The notes: a model not told the origin generated them from the sequence alone. Positions 17,767 to 31,614 are shown, numbered from the stretch's first letter. The stretch is 64,000 bases of DNA from Eledone cirrhosa (GCA_964016885.1 OZ024747.1:48794001-48858000), one strand, 5' to 3'. Made by a program: numbers and translations.

Positions 17767-17778
17767 GTATATAAGTAT

Positions 17779-18520
17779 ATATGTAGAAATAAACACAGTA
17801 AATTCTGCGTCTAAAATTACGAGGGTAGATTATACCACAATGTTTTATATATTTAAACTGAAGCATACAGTAAGATACAATATTTCCTATACAGACCGTA
17901 TCAATAACGATTTCATCTCTCGGACAAACCAAAGATTTAATCTGTTTCGCCCTGAAAATTGTGTTTGTAACAGATAATCCTTAGGCATTTCATCAGTAAG
18001 AGATTAGATTAAATGAAACTAAACACATCTAACAAGAAACTCCCGGAAGTAAATAATGTACCTCGTGGGTTGAAAGCTATGCGTGGTGTGAGTGGTTATG
18101 CTAGAAATAATAGCCTAATTACACTCATCTTATAAGCTCACCAGATAGGGAGCCGAAATACAAATAAAATATAGAGTTATTAACTCATATTGATACCCTG
18201 CAGTTAACAAGCTCAAAGTATAAATACTGAGCATTATAATAGGTGGATTGGCAGTATCGGTAGAGGGTCGGGCGCCATGCTTTGATGCATAGAGTTACGG
18301 TCCTTGCCATTCTGAGTTCAAATCCCGCCGAGGTTAACTTTGCCTTTCATCCTTACGGGGGTCGATAAAATAAAGTACCAGTAATGGACTGGGTAATTGC
18401 TGGCCTTGTGCCAAAAGTAGAAACAATTATAATATCAATATATGTAGAAATAAACACAGTAAATTCTGCGTCTAAAGCAGGGTATCAATATGAGTTAATA
18501 ACTCTATATTTTATTTGTAA
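17779..18520. mobile_element. Rearranged pLTR-like insert with direct and inverted duplications, a degenerate HHR (~17936-18000, -) and a nested SINE
   Basis: 17779-17816 repeated at 18439-18476; 18158-18201 inverted at 18477-18519. Confidence 0.6.
18241..18428 (+). mobile_element. tRNA-type SINE (11543 family)
   Basis: Near-full-length match. Confidence 0.85.
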
Positions 18521-18569
<49 letters not shown>

Positions 18570-18622
18570 TATATATATTAATTCAAAATATTAACAAAAT
18601 GGATATTCTTGTGATCAATTAT

Positions 18623-18687
18623 ATTTTATTATACATATTTCAGAGGTACTGAGTTAAGTTCAACAGTACGTCCTCATCAGATAAAAT
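18623..18687 (-). ncRNA. Hammerhead in pLTR family D (insert 18579-18852)
   Basis: Minus strand: attttat CTGATGA ggacgtactg...cagtacctct GAAA tatgta TA ataaaat. Confidence 0.8.
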
Positions 18688-18849
18688 AAGATGATGCATG
18701 ACATACCCTGACATAGTAGATGGTTAAGATTCAGTCATATTTTGAATTAATATTAATAACTCTGGAAAACCTTTTTTTTTACAGTTGAGTGCTTCCAATC
18801 TATTGTAAAACTCATCCATTGATGTATTCATTGAACCTTGTTTAACTTG

Positions 18850-18943
<94 letters not shown>

Positions 18944-19144
18944 GAGGTTATATTTAATTTGTTGGGATACAACAAGCTTAAAAATATTTATTTAAACCTT
19001 TCGGACACTTATTTGCATACTCAATCATAACCTTATATCACTCTCAATAAATCTAATATCTCCACTATCCAGGAAGCTCCAACCGTTAAGGTTGTCTTTT
19101 TTCAGGGTATGTCAATATTTATTTATAAAACTAATCTGTATTGT

Positions 19145-19208
19145 ATTTTATCTGATGACAGCGCACCATAATTTGCTTTGGTGGCCCTTGAAATATGTAT
19201 AATAAAAT
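19145..19208 (+). ncRNA. Hammerhead in a D-related pLTR (insert ~18941-19250)
   Basis: attttat CTGATGA cagcgcacca...tggtggccctt GAAA tatgta TA ataaaat. Confidence 0.8.
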
Positions 19209-19247
19209 AAATATGGTTTTATAAATATAGTTTCCATTTGTTAATAT

Positions 19248-19284
<37 letters not shown>

Positions 19285-19395
19285 TTAAGGATACTATTTA
19301 TGGTTATGTATATACTAAAACTTTTTATAGTTATATATATTTTGGACGAAACAATTGTAAGCTAATAAATGGTTTGAACAGAACTTTGATTCATG

Positions 19396-19498
<103 letters not shown>

Positions 19499-19958
19499 TG
19501 TATTAATTTTTGTATTCTCAAATATCCAAATCCGACAAAATGTTTGCTCACTAGACTCTGCAAGTAACCTGACAGAAGTAGTGAAAGTTGCATAAATATG
19601 TTCATATCATTTTTCCCAATGCAATCACTGTTAACATTTTACATTTTACATGTTACATTTTACATTTTACATTTTACATTTTATATTTTACATTTTACAT
19701 TTCTCTTACATCCTAATGTAACATGGCTAAATTTCAAATTTTAAAAAGAGAAGAAAACTGCCAAATGAATAAGATACATTTCACTTCCCCCGCCACTACA
19801 ATAACGTCTATACACTCTCCTCACCACCACATTTACACTTTTACACTCACACAAGTCAATACACAACCTATCTAGACGAAAGTCACTGAGCTGCTACCTT
19901 CCTCCCTACTTTGTGTTGAATATGTATGTGTGTATATATATCTATCTATATATATATA

Positions 19959-20158
19959 GGAGTAAGTAAGACCCCGACGGCTGAGCTCAAGCCGTTTCGA
20001 CGGCTAATTCTGTACTAATTCTGTACAGAATTAGCCGTCGAAACGGCTTGAGCTCAGCCGTTGGGGTCTTACTTACTCCTATTACCCACTCTACTACCCT
20101 AAGTATTGAGTACTTTGGTGCGTTATGGTCCACCTGGTTCCTTACCACTTTTCCCTCG

Positions 20159-20160
<2 letters not shown>
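19959..20160 (+). mobile_element. Family B copy 4
   Basis: Hairpin with duplicated centre ctaattctgta x2. Confidence 0.85.
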
Positions 20161-20222
<62 letters not shown>

Positions 20223-20247
20223 ATGTATGTATATATATATATATGTG

Positions 20248-20286
<39 letters not shown>

Positions 20287-20311
20287 ACGTATATATATAT
20301 ATATATATATA

Positions 20312-20614
20312 TACGATATATTAACAAATGGAAACTATATTTATAAAACCATATTTATTTCATTATACATATTTCAAGGACACCAAGTTAAATTATGGTG
20401 TGCTTTCATCAGATAAAATATAATATCGATCAGTTTTATAAATAAATATTGACATACCCTTAAAGAATGCGACCATTTCAGTTGGAAGCTCCCGGATAGT
20501 TATAGTTTCCATTTGTTAATATATCGTATTTTTACTCCAATAATTTGTTGAGTGCTTTATATCAGTTATAAAAATATTTGCTTGTTGTATCCCAACAATT
20601 TAAATAGAACTTCT

Positions 20615-20617
<3 letters not shown>
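20312..20617. mobile_element. Inverted pLTR insert with hammerhead 20357-20419 (-)
   Basis: 27-bp inverted overlap 20312-20339 / 20501-20527; relative of 18941-19250. Confidence 0.75.
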
Positions 20618-20686
<69 letters not shown>

Positions 20687-20774
20687 GAAAGGTATAGAAA
20701 GTATTGTAGCAAGTAGCCAACAGTATATATATATATATCCCTCTTTGGATTTTAGTCTTCAAATTTATTATTAT

Positions 20775-20834
<60 letters not shown>

Positions 20835-21327
20835 GAAAAGTATAGAAATTATTGCAGCAAGAAGCCAACAGTATTCCATAATATATAAGTAACTATAGCG
20901 TCAAAATGGAAAAATAGTTAACGTAAGATGTGGGAAAATAATTCAAACTCAATTCAAAAAGAATCAGGATATAGATTCATCCAACAGAATTTGGTGAAAT
21001 CCAGGGAAAAATCAATTGAGCCTTAACTCAGAATAAAATAAAGTTTAAAATACTCATCCTTCAATTTGGAAAAACTACAATGCTCTGTATAGTCTTAAAG
21101 ACTATTTCACGAAACTTTCAGTGGAGATGGTCACGGTTGGAATCGATCATCGGCAGAACTCAAAGACACGATAACCAAAGTGCCACTGTTTATAATATGC
21201 CAAAAAGGGAATTTAAAAGCAGGCTAGTTCAACATCATGCGTAATTATGAAGAAAAACGCACATGTAGAGACAGGGCTGGTGACGTCAGAATGAGATGAA
21301 TGTCTGTTTACATGAAACAGCAGTCAA

Positions 21328-21371
<44 letters not shown>

Positions 21372-21437
21372 CACGATAAATTAACGGAGCCATATTCCCT
21401 GTCAATAATGTGCTCAAAGGAGAAGGAATCCTGAGCT

Positions 21438-21495
<58 letters not shown>

Positions 21496-22056
21496 TTGCG
21501 AGGTTTTTTATATGAAATCGTGTGTCGAAACAGATATTGTTATATTTGGGGAGGGTCATATTTGCGTAATATTGCCAGAATTAATAACAGAACACACTCA
21601 CTGTTTGGTTGGTTTTCGCTTCTCGCTGTCTTTTATATATATATATCTGCGATCTAACTTACTCGGTCCTCAATGTTGCCATTGACTGACCGGCGGTCAA
21701 AAATAATACAGATACAATATAGACACAAACACATATATATAGTTTACATAATTTACATAAATCTTTCGTTGCACATCTGCAACATCGTCAGTGGTGTTAT
21801 ATTCATTGTTCCTCCTGTTGTGTTGTATGTCTACGCCATTTTTTTTTTTTGTTCAGTCTGTCTATATATTTATTTATTTATTTGCTTGTTTGTTTATCTT
21901 ATTTTATTTTGTCTTCTTTGCGCATGCGTTTGCGTGTGTGTATAGTGTGATGTGTGACTAGTGTGTATAGTGTTGTGTCTGCTGGGTGACTAGTGTGTGT
22001 TTATGTGCTTGTGTATGTATTTATTTATCTTATTTTATTTAATTTTATTTACTTAT

Positions 22057-23286
22057 TTATACTTCTCTTAGGTCAGTGTTGTTTGTTTGGGTGTTGTTGT
22101 TGTTCCACTCATTCTTTCTGTTTAGCTTTGGTCTTCTAATTTCTATTTCACTGGCCTCTCTGATTTGCCTATCTGCTGGGTCATTCCTATGTTTAGATAT
22201 TATTCTAATTTCTATGTTGTCTATGTTACCGTCATGTTGTTGTCTAGCATGTTCGTATAGTACTGACCCGTTTTTTCGTCCTTTTAGTTCCGCCCAGTGT
22301 TGGTCTATCCTTTCACCTATGCTACGAGCTGTCTCACCTATGTATGTTGTTGTCATGTTTCTGCAAGTACCCTCTGTACATCTTATGCTATAGACTACGT
22401 TTCTAGTTTTACAGTTTATCCGGGGGTTCACCTTACAAATGATACATTTCCTATTGGTACAGTGGGTTTTCTTAAAAGGGTAGGTTTTGCTGATCAGGGA
22501 TTTTATGGTGGTTCCTGGCTTTTCTACCACCTTTATTTTTAAGTGGGTCTTTCTCAGGGCCTTTCTACACTGGTTAGCTAATTTCCCTCCAGGGGTGGCG
22601 TCCACAAACATGACACTCTGATATCTCTGGTTGTCGTACCATGATGTGGCCTTCCCTATCTTATGTGTAGCCCTATCTAAGCTATTCCATGATTTGCTCC
22701 TGTATAGTGGGCAAATTCCTTTCATGTCCAGTTCTATGAGGGTCTTATACTTTTCCATGGCTCCTTCGTATACTCTGACTCTGTCTCTTTGGTTGTAGCC
22801 AGAGAACTGCATGCGGTTGATGAAGTGTTGGATGTGTCCTTCCATTTCTGTTGGGTCGCACATGCTGGACACATTCTTCATCACTCGTACCAAATCTGCG
22901 ATCAGAATATTAAACTTAGCACTACTGGACATTGCTGAGTTTTTGAGTATCAGGTATTTGGAGGCCATGGGTTTAGCATAGTGTGAGTGGAGAATTTGGG
23001 CTCTCTCGTCTATAGTGTTAATCCAGAGTTCTGTGTCTAATACAGGTAGTCTATTGTTAGGGTGTTTGGAAGGGAAGTCTATAGTTACAGTTATACTCTG
23101 GTGTATGGAATTAGCTATCTGCTGGATGCTTTCCATCGTGCTACGTTCTAAATTAAACTTGTTAGTGCTCTCTAGTGGGGGTGTTCTTATAACTATATTG
23201 ATATCGTCTACATAACGAGAGTACATGATGAGGTCTATGGAGCTTTCATTAAGGAGATCTTTAAGTCTCCTTTCCCACCATACCAT
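22057..23286 (-). CDS. PLE RT (C-terminal half) plus GIY-YIG endonuclease; frame stays open upstream to the inversion junction
   Basis: EGAAIGVSIAGDVAKLFMVWW, YSRYVDD, LPVLDTELW, CTNRKCIIC, NVVYSIRC..YIGETARSIGER. Confidence 0.9.
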   Translation of the reverse strand: MVWWERRLKDLLNESSIDLIMYSRYVDDINIVIRTPPLESTNKFNLERSTMESIQQIANSIHQSITVTIDFPSKHPNNRLPVLDTELWINTIDERAQILHSHYAKPMASKYLILKNSAMSSSAKFNILIADLVRVMKNVSSMCDPTEMEGHIQHFINRMQFSGYNQRDRVRVYEGAMEKYKTLIELDMKGICPLYRSKSWNSLDRATHKIGKATSWYDNQRYQSVMFVDATPGGKLANQCRKALRKTHLKIKVVEKPGTTIKSLISKTYPFKKTHCTNRKCIICKVNPRINCKTRNVVYSIRCTEGTCRNMTTTYIGETARSIGERIDQHWAELKGRKNGSVLYEHARQQHDGNIDNIEIRIISKHRNDPADRQIREASEIEIRRPKLNRKNEWNNNNTQTNNTDLREV

Positions 23287-23372
23287 GAAAAGTTTGGCAA
23301 CATCACCAGCTATGCTGACGCCGATGGCTGCTCCCTCATTTTGGGTGTAGATTTTCTCACTTAAAAATAAAG

Positions 23373-23846
23373 GTGGTAGAAAAGCCAGGAACCACCATAA
23401 AATCCCTGATCAGCAAAACCTACCCTTTTAAGAAAACCCACTGTACCAATAGGAAATGTATCATTTGTAAGGTGAACCCCCGGATAAACTGTAAAACTAG
23501 AAACGTAGTCTATAGCATAAGATGTACAGAGGGTACTTGCAGAAACATGACAACAACATACATAGGTGAGACAGCTCGTAGCATAGGTGAAAGGATAGAC
23601 CAACACTGGGGGGAACTAAAAGGACGAAAAAACGGGTCAGTACTATACGAACATGCTAGACAACAACATGACGGTAACATAGACAACATAGAAATTAGAA
23701 TAATATCTAAACATAGGAATGACCCAGCAGATAGGCAAATCAGAGAGGCCAGTGAAATAGAAATTAGAAGACCAAAGCTAAACAGAAAGAATGAGTGGAA
23801 CAACAACAACACCCAAACAAACAACACTGACCTAAGAGAAGTATAA
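23373..23846 (+). pseudogene. Inverted duplicate of the GIY-YIG coding segment
   Basis: 157 aa matching the 22057 ORF C-terminus except HWAE>HWGE. Confidence 0.85.
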
Positions 23847-24361
23847 ATAAGTAAATAAAATTAAATAAAATAAGATAAATAAATACATACACAAGCACAT
23901 AAACACACACTAGTCACCCAGCAGACACAACACTATACACACTAGTCACACATCACACTATACACACACGCAAACGCATGCGCAAAGAAGACAAAATAAA
24001 ATAAGATAAACAAACAAGCAAATAAATAAATAAATATATAGACAGACTGAACAAAAAAAAAAAATGGCGTAGACATACAACACAACAGGAGGAACAATGA
24101 ATATAACACCACTGACGATGTTGCAGATGTGCAACGAAAGATTTATGTAAATTATGTAAACTATATATATGTGTTTGTGTCTATATTGTATCTGTATTAT
24201 TTTTGACCGCCGGTCAGTCAATGGCAACATTGAGGACCGAGTAAGTTAGATCGCAGATATATATATATAAAAGACAGCGAGAAGCGAAAACCAACCAAAC
24301 AGTGAGTGTGTTCTGTTATTAATTCTGGCAATATTACGCAAATATGACCCTCCCCAAATAT

Positions 24362-24398
<37 letters not shown>

Positions 24399-24767
24399 CA
24401 AAACAAACTTTATTGACCAACATATGAACTTCTGACTTTATCATACAGCATGTATTCATTTTCTACTAACATTACAACGGGTCCGACTAGCCGCGGATTA
24501 CAGAGTCGGATAAGATCGATACAGATCGAACCTTGAGCTGATCAGTGGCGAAACGCACCTCACCAACCAATAAATGTAATGAAGGCGTAACCAAACGTCT
24601 TTGTTATCTTTTCAATATAATACACTCTGTATAGCTCTACACCTCGACACTGAAGTGAACCTAAACATCGAGTGGTCACCCGGGTGAACCTACAGTAACT
24701 CGAAATTCCACTCCCTGGATATTTAGCTCCTTTACTTAGTCGAGCGCTTACCTGGAACACCATAGAA

Positions 24768-27280
24768 TTGTTCTACAACACTTCCTCCCTAAAGGACATA
24801 CCTATACCTTCAGATGGTGTATACATGAATCTTTTACTAATGCAGACCAACAATTTCATTAGAAGGATCCGTTGGAAAGCCTACCACTACAACAATAGGA
24901 GGGCCCCTGGATCCGACGACAATTCGCCCAACCACATGAAAAAACTATTCAAATCGAGGAAAAATCCACCACTAAAGGAAATTGAGGACAGGATTATTAC
25001 CATGGTCCGGACTATTAAATTTAGAAAACCACCGCAAAACACTGACAGAAGTGCATTCCTGTCTGGGCTCGCATCTACTTTAAAAAAGGTCAGGAAAAGC
25101 CCTGGCATCATCGTACCGGCCGATAAGACAGGAAAAAATCTATAATTTGGTGTACAAAACCTACAAGAAATGCATCACAAACGAAATAGCTAAAATATAC
25201 AAAATATCAACACGGGAAAACCTAGCAACATAAACAAACAGGCGAAAACAATAATGGCGTAACTGAGCATACATGACAGGACTCAACCCTACAACCCTAG
25301 GACACCGAGGACATCTAGTAAAGACCACAAACCGGACTTTCAGTCCAAACTACTGGTCAGACTCATAGCTCCCTCTAAATCAGACCTAGGTAGAATAAGC
25401 AAATCTATCATTGACCGGATTATACAAGAACTTAGAAATGGGACTAAACTCAGCCTCTGGTGCTGTACAAAATCGACTGGTTCTCCGGCATTGAAACCAA
25501 GTCGGACGTTCGATTCGTCCAAATGGACATTGCGAACTACTCCGCCTCTATATCTCTAGTCATCCTTAACAATGCACTGATCTCAGCCATGAACAGATCA
25601 AGCCTCACCAGAAAGGAGATGGACATAATACTAGTAGCTAGGCAAACTTTACTAGAATTTGACGGTAAATTGTGGGAACGACAGAATAGAACAGATAGCT
25701 TCGACATTACAATGGGGTCGTCCGACTCCGCACAGGTTACCGATATAGTGAGCCTATACCTCCTAAATATATTAACAGATGAGATCCCCACCATGGGCGG
25801 GTGCTTGTACCGGGACGACGCCCTACTCATGGCCCGTGGACTCAATAATAACCAATTAGATAGACTACACAAACGACTTAGATATATCTTTAAGACCCAA
25901 GGATTAGCGGTAGAAATAGAACCCAACAGTGGGACAGTAAACTTCTTAGGCGTCACTTTAGAATTAGACACAGGTCTCTACCGCCCTTACCATAAACCAA
26001 ATGAAAACCTGAAATATGTCAACAGACACTCCAATCACACCTAAGAGCATAACTCACTTAATAGTTAACAGCGTTTCCTACAGTGTCCACCCTGTCGGCA
26101 AATAGAACTATCTTCAAACAGCACGCGGAATACTATAACTCCGCACTTGGAAAGGCTGGTTACAATGAGAAGATATCTTACAATGAACCAACTAGAACCG
26201 CAACGCCGCTAAACCTAATCAGACCATTAGAAACACATATAGACGAGGACACCACACCTAGAACAAATACTAACCTAAGACCCTCATTAGCCGGCAGGAC
26301 AGGCAGCGTTACACACAACTGCCAACGAGATAAAGCTACACTCTCCAACCTCAATAAGGACTCTGAATATCGCACGCGTATACGTAGTAATAGAGACCCG
26401 AGACATAACGCCAATAGAATAGTAGGAACCCATATGACAAATACGCCTGACCAAAACGCACCCACGCAACCACCAAACCACAACAACCACTCTAAACACC
26501 GTAAAGCCCGAAGTAGACCTGTGACATTGTACAACGCCCCGTTATCTATACACGTTGCCACCAAAATACCAGGAACCTTCTTCAGAGCTCTGGAACAATC
26601 CTTCCCATACACACATAAATACCACAAGCTCTTCAATAGACACACTGTCAAATTCTCTTTCTCCACAGCACCAAATCTAGGCGACATGATAGCACACACT
26701 AATAGGAAAAAATACGCAAACACATGGTAGCTCCACAACAAACCACTAGCACAACCCAGAACGAAACCACACACACAACACAACACAACAACCCACATAC
26801 CAGTTCCACATAGAATACGAACAACCGACAACGTGCCATCAAACCTGTCGCCCCCAACTGCAACTGCAAAAAGCGGGTAGAATGCCCACTAAACGGGGAG
26901 TACCTCGTTAAAAACATTATTTACCGGTGCGATATCACAGCTGGCAGAAAAGAGTACTCCTACATAGGAGCGACCTCGACTACGTTTAAGGAGCGCTGGT
27001 ATAACCACAAAAGCTACTTTAAACACAGGCTCAAACGATCCCAAACTAGACTGGCCGGCTTGATCTGAGACCTCAAAGATAAGAACATCGAAATCCAGAT
27101 CAAATGGTCAGTTAAAAGACGCATGGCTGAACTCCCCAGTGACAGAAACCACTGCAGGTTATACTTGAACGAGGCGGCTGAGATCATTAAATTGAAATCT
27201 GCCATAAACTCTAGGTCTGACATAATTATAAATTGTAGACACACCAGGTTGGACACCTTCTCTGCACAAACATTCGGCTG
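24768..27280 (+). pseudogene. Disrupted PLE ORF (RT plus GIY-YIG)
   Basis: SLKDIPIPS, VPADKT, FDITMGSSDSAQVTD, LYRDD, VNFLGVTL, CPLNGEYLVKNIIYRC, YIGATSTTFKERWYNH. Confidence 0.9.
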
Positions 27281-27752
27281 AGGGCCACACACTAACCCTG
27301 ACCCAACATAGATAACCACCTTTGCCTTGCCACACCGCCCCTCATCTCAGTGCATTTGTCTTATATAACATGTAACCCTTTGTAAGTTCAGATTTTGTAA
27401 ATATCATGTCGCATCCATCACCCCCACCACCGTCACCAACAGTCACATCGCCATACATCCCTCATCTCAGTACCATTGTGGTTTATCTGTCCTCTCTGTC
27501 AGGTTTTAACTTGTAAACCATCATAACATCCGATCCTGTAAATATAATGTCCAACATATCACCCCATCGGCACCATTCACATCGCTATACGTCCACCATC
27601 CCTCATTCACAACCTTGTTTTCCCCGTGTTCCCTATGCATATGAATACACACACGCTCTATGCAAATTAGTCTGCCCACTACTAATTTTCATAGAAAAAG
27701 CATATAACGATATGTGCTTTTACGATTCTCTAGAAAGGCCGGAAGATAGGTA

Positions 27753-27797
27753 AATATTGCTGATGAGTTGTAACAACAACGAAACTAGTTCAATATT
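27753..27797 (+). ncRNA. Intact minimal hammerhead of a nested pLTR fragment
   Basis: aatattg CTGATGA gttg taacaa caac GAAA ctag TT caatatt. Confidence 0.85.
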
Positions 27798-28018
27798 CCT
27801 TGTCTGGCTTTCTGGAGAATAGAGGAAAGGTGTTTCCTCAAAAACCAGTATGACTCTAAAAACCGGTTTGTCTGTGTGTTTACATACAGAATAGCTGGAC
27901 ACTCACAGTAAAGTGACCAGTGAAAAACTCGGTACATCTACATATGTATACGTGTGTGTATTCATATGCATACTAGTATTTCAGTATACATATGTGGATG
28001 TACATTTTTGACTTAATT

Positions 28019-28082
<64 letters not shown>

Positions 28083-28085
<3 letters not shown>

Positions 28086-28561
28086 GGAGGTGAGTTATAT
28101 TGTAGTACAATAAAGCAATGCAGATATCGGATAAGAAGCACTCTACAATTTGTAGGACTGGAGTATACATAATATATAAGAACAAAAGATGGTTAAAAGA
28201 GTTCCATGTATTTTATTATGCGCATTTCAAAAACAAATATCATCATGCAATAATATTTGTGTTTTCATCAGATAAAACAGGAAGATATGATATGAAGGTT
28301 AAAAAACACTTGTGGATAGTGCAGTTTTAAATCAACATATGTTGATTTAGTGCAGTTTTAAATCAACATATGTTGATTTAAAACTGCACTATCCACAAGT
28401 GCACTATCCACAACTGCACTATCCACAAGCGTTTTTTAACCTTCATATCATGTCTTCCTGTTTTATCTGATGAAAACACAAATATTATTGCATGATGATA
28501 TTTGTTTTTGAAATGCGCATAATAAAATACATGGAACTCTTTTAACCATCTTTTGTTCTTA

Positions 28562-28566
<5 letters not shown>
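28083..28566. mobile_element. Fold-back insert with ~180-bp arms, stuttered centre and two hammerheads
   Basis: HHR 28461-28527 (+): ttttat CTGATGA aaacacaaatat...atatttgttttt GAAA tgcgca TA ataaaa; mirror 28211-28277. Confidence 0.9.
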
Positions 28567-28601
<35 letters not shown>

Positions 28602-29239
28602 GTGTATGTATACAATGTATTTGTCAGACTAGGTGTGTCTATATATGTATCTCCTTATGGAAATGAAACCACGATCACATTCATCACACCACCATAAACA
28701 CCGCTACCTCATCTTTCCCACAAACAACAACACCACACCCAAACCACAAACAAAAACCAGCCACAGCTACATGTTAATCTGTCTACCGACAACCAGCACT
28801 CCCACACCACCGCCGACTTCAGCCTGCGACCGTCACCCCCATCTTATCACCACCCCCACCCACCCCCACATACACTACAGGCGAAAACATCCCTATGATC
28901 TATTCCACCAATCAAAACAATCCTTATTGTCCAACATATGAACTTCTGACTTTATCATACAGCATGTATTCATTTTCTTCTAGCATTACAAAAGGTCCGA
29001 CGAGCCGCCGATTACAGAGTCGGGTAAAATCGATACAGATCGAACCTTGAGCTGATCAGTGGCGAAACGCGCCACACCAAACAATAAATGTAATGAAGAA
29101 GTAACCAATAATCCTTGTTATCTTCTCACTATAATACACTCTGTATAGCTCTACACCTCGACACTGAAGTGAACCTAAACATCGAGTGCTCACTCGGGCG
29201 AACCTACACTAACTCGAAGTTACACTCCCTGGATATATA

Positions 29240-29392
29240 TATACCTTGATTAAATCTTAACCATTTAACATCTCAGGGTATGTCATGTATCATTATATTT
29301 TGTCTGATCAGGACGTACTGTTGTACCTCTGAAATATGTATAATAGAATTTAAATGATCAAAAGAACATCTATTTTATTAATATTTGTACTG
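29240..29392 (+). mobile_element. pLTR family D fragment with mutated HHR (CTGATCA)
   Basis: Matches 53907-54062. Confidence 0.65.
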
Positions 29393-29739
29393 TAATATAT
29401 ATATATAAAATATATATATATATATATATATTCACGGCGTACGGTCTGCTTCTCTGACCGCTCATGAAATTCACCCAGATTATGCTGATCGGATAACTAT
29501 CATGTGCTTGCTGTTTTTCCAACCTTCGGTTTGCTTTTCCTTCTGTTGTTTTCTTGTCTCACTCGCTTTACGCGTTTCACTTGTCCCAATAGCTTATTTT
29601 AGTTATTGCTCGCACCAACCTGAGGTATCTGATTTTTAATGCGATGAAATACCAATGATGGTTGGCAAATCACTGATGAGGGACTTATTTTATAATATGT
29701 AATCCATGTGCAACCATGCAGTATTCTTCTCTCCTTGTT

Positions 29740-29821
<82 letters not shown>

Positions 29822-30109
29822 TTATATATATACAACACTTATATATATATCATACGATGGGGATCCTGAGACCTAAGCTTAAGCAGTTTCGGTGGCCAGA
29901 TCCATATGTATAATATAGCACACCCACCCCGCCCGAACCACCCCCACACCACCCCATTGTTCACCTCTTTCAAATGTAGGATGTTTTTTAACCTATAAAC
30001 CCTCTACTTTTATCGAGTACTCATCAGATATGATGACATTTACCCAGAATACCACAAATGTCAACAACATTGTTTCACGTTCCTGGATGTCATACAACCA
30101 TTGAATTGA

Positions 30110-30395
30110 TGGTGGTGGTGTCGGTGTTGATGGTGTTGGTGGTGTTGGTGGTGGTGTCGGTGGTGGTGGTGTTGGTGGTGGTGGTGTCGGTGGTGGTGGT
30201 GGTGGTGTCGGTGGTGGTGTTGGTGGTGTTGGTGGTGTCGGTGGTGGTGTTGGTGGTGTTGGTGGTGTCGGTGGTGGTGGTGGTGTTGGTAGTGGTGGTG
30301 TTGGTGGTGTCGGTGGTGTCGGTGGTGGTGGTGGTGGTGGTGGTGGTGGTGATGGTAGTGGTGGTGTTGGTGGTGTTGGTGGTGGTGTTGGTGGT
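30110..30395. repeat. (GGT)n-derived degenerate trinucleotide repeat
   Basis: ggt/gtt/gtc units. Confidence 0.9.
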
Positions 30396-31573
30396 GAAAG
30401 TAGTGGGCAACTGATTGTGATGGTAATGGTAGTAGTAAGGATGGTACGGATAGTGGAACTCGTTTTATATTTCCGGGTTTGAATCTTCCAGCTTCAATCA
30501 CTTCAATCACAAGTTGAAATAAATGAAATCGCAATCTAAAGACACTCCAATGAATCTCTGGAACGAAAAAAAAAAAAAAAAAAAAACGAAATATTTTGGT
30601 TTGATCTCTTCCCGCCTAAATAAATACACTTTAACTTCTCTCTCGGTCGGAATCTCCAGAATGTGACATTTTCCAAGCTATGATTCCCATAAATTTTCTT
30701 TTCTAAACACTCACTCACATAAAACAAAACAGATTCCAGCTTAAATTCCACAAGCAATCATTCTGTTTTGATGATTTACCACTATTCAACATGGATGTCT
30801 ATATTGCTGGTTTGTCGTCTGGACGTCTAGCTACACGTGGATTTAAACTCTTTGAAATCTCTGGAATTTTCCTCAGTTGATATAATTGGTTGAGGGTAGT
30901 GATGGTGGTAGTGGTGGTGGTGATGGTAGTGGTGCTGGTGGCGGTGGTGGTGGTGGTTGTTGTAGTGATGTTGGTGAGGTTGGTGTGGAGGTTGGTGAGG
31001 GGCTGGTAAGGGGTTGGTCGAGATAATAATAATAAGGATGTTGATGTTAGTGGGATTAATGTTGCAAATAGTAACATTAGTATTTATGAGTGTTGTTATT
31101 GTTGTTTAGTCCACAGATCAGCAATGGATCAAACATATTTATAATAAAAGGCATTCCTTCCATGACCTAAGTATTTTGTTTTCAAACATATGACTACCTA
31201 GATATACTAAGACAACCAACCTATGTTTGGCGGTGGTGGTTATGGTGGTGGTCGTGGTGATGATGGTTGTGGTGGTGTTAATGGTGGGGTTAGAGGTGAT
31301 GGGAGTGATGGTGGTTGTGATGGTGGCGGTGGGTGGTGGTGTGTGTGTGTGTGGGGGGGGGGGGTACAACATATAGAGGTTTGCCACGATAACCTATTGC
31401 GGAAGGTCTTCGTTTTTCTATATTGCTGCTGTTTCTGTTGTTTCTGTACCAGCTTTGTTTGACGTTGTAATTGTGGGTTGATGTACACACACAGACAAAA
31501 GAACAATTTTTTTTATATATCTATGTATATACGTATATACATACACACATACATACATACATAAACACATGTG

Positions 31574-31608
<35 letters not shown>

Positions 31609-31614
<6 letters not shown>

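Larger units (their letters stand above)
21492..24370 (-). mobile_element. Young 5'-truncated Naiad-like PLE with ~1-kb inverted duplication of its 3' part
   Basis: 21535-22545 inverted at 23358-24370, near-identical; TA flanks; HHR-like cores at 24108-24150 (+) and 21754-21795 (-). Confidence 0.9.
24396..29232 (+). mobile_element. Near-complete PLE with direct pLTRs (24396-24722, 28910-29232) and nested inserts in its 3'UTR
   Basis: pLTRs collinear; each has a degenerate multi-branch HHR (24480-24560, 28994-29078). Confidence 0.8.

Noticed and set aside
29665-29720. CTGATGA-like motifs at 29672, 30022 (-), 11385 (-), 50694, and partial folds at 21083, 35500, 42400
   Set aside because: GAAA, stems or core are missing; too decayed to call as ribozymes.
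30460-30560. NLPASITSITS resembling a LINE RT C-terminus
   Set aside because: Too short and interrupted by stops.
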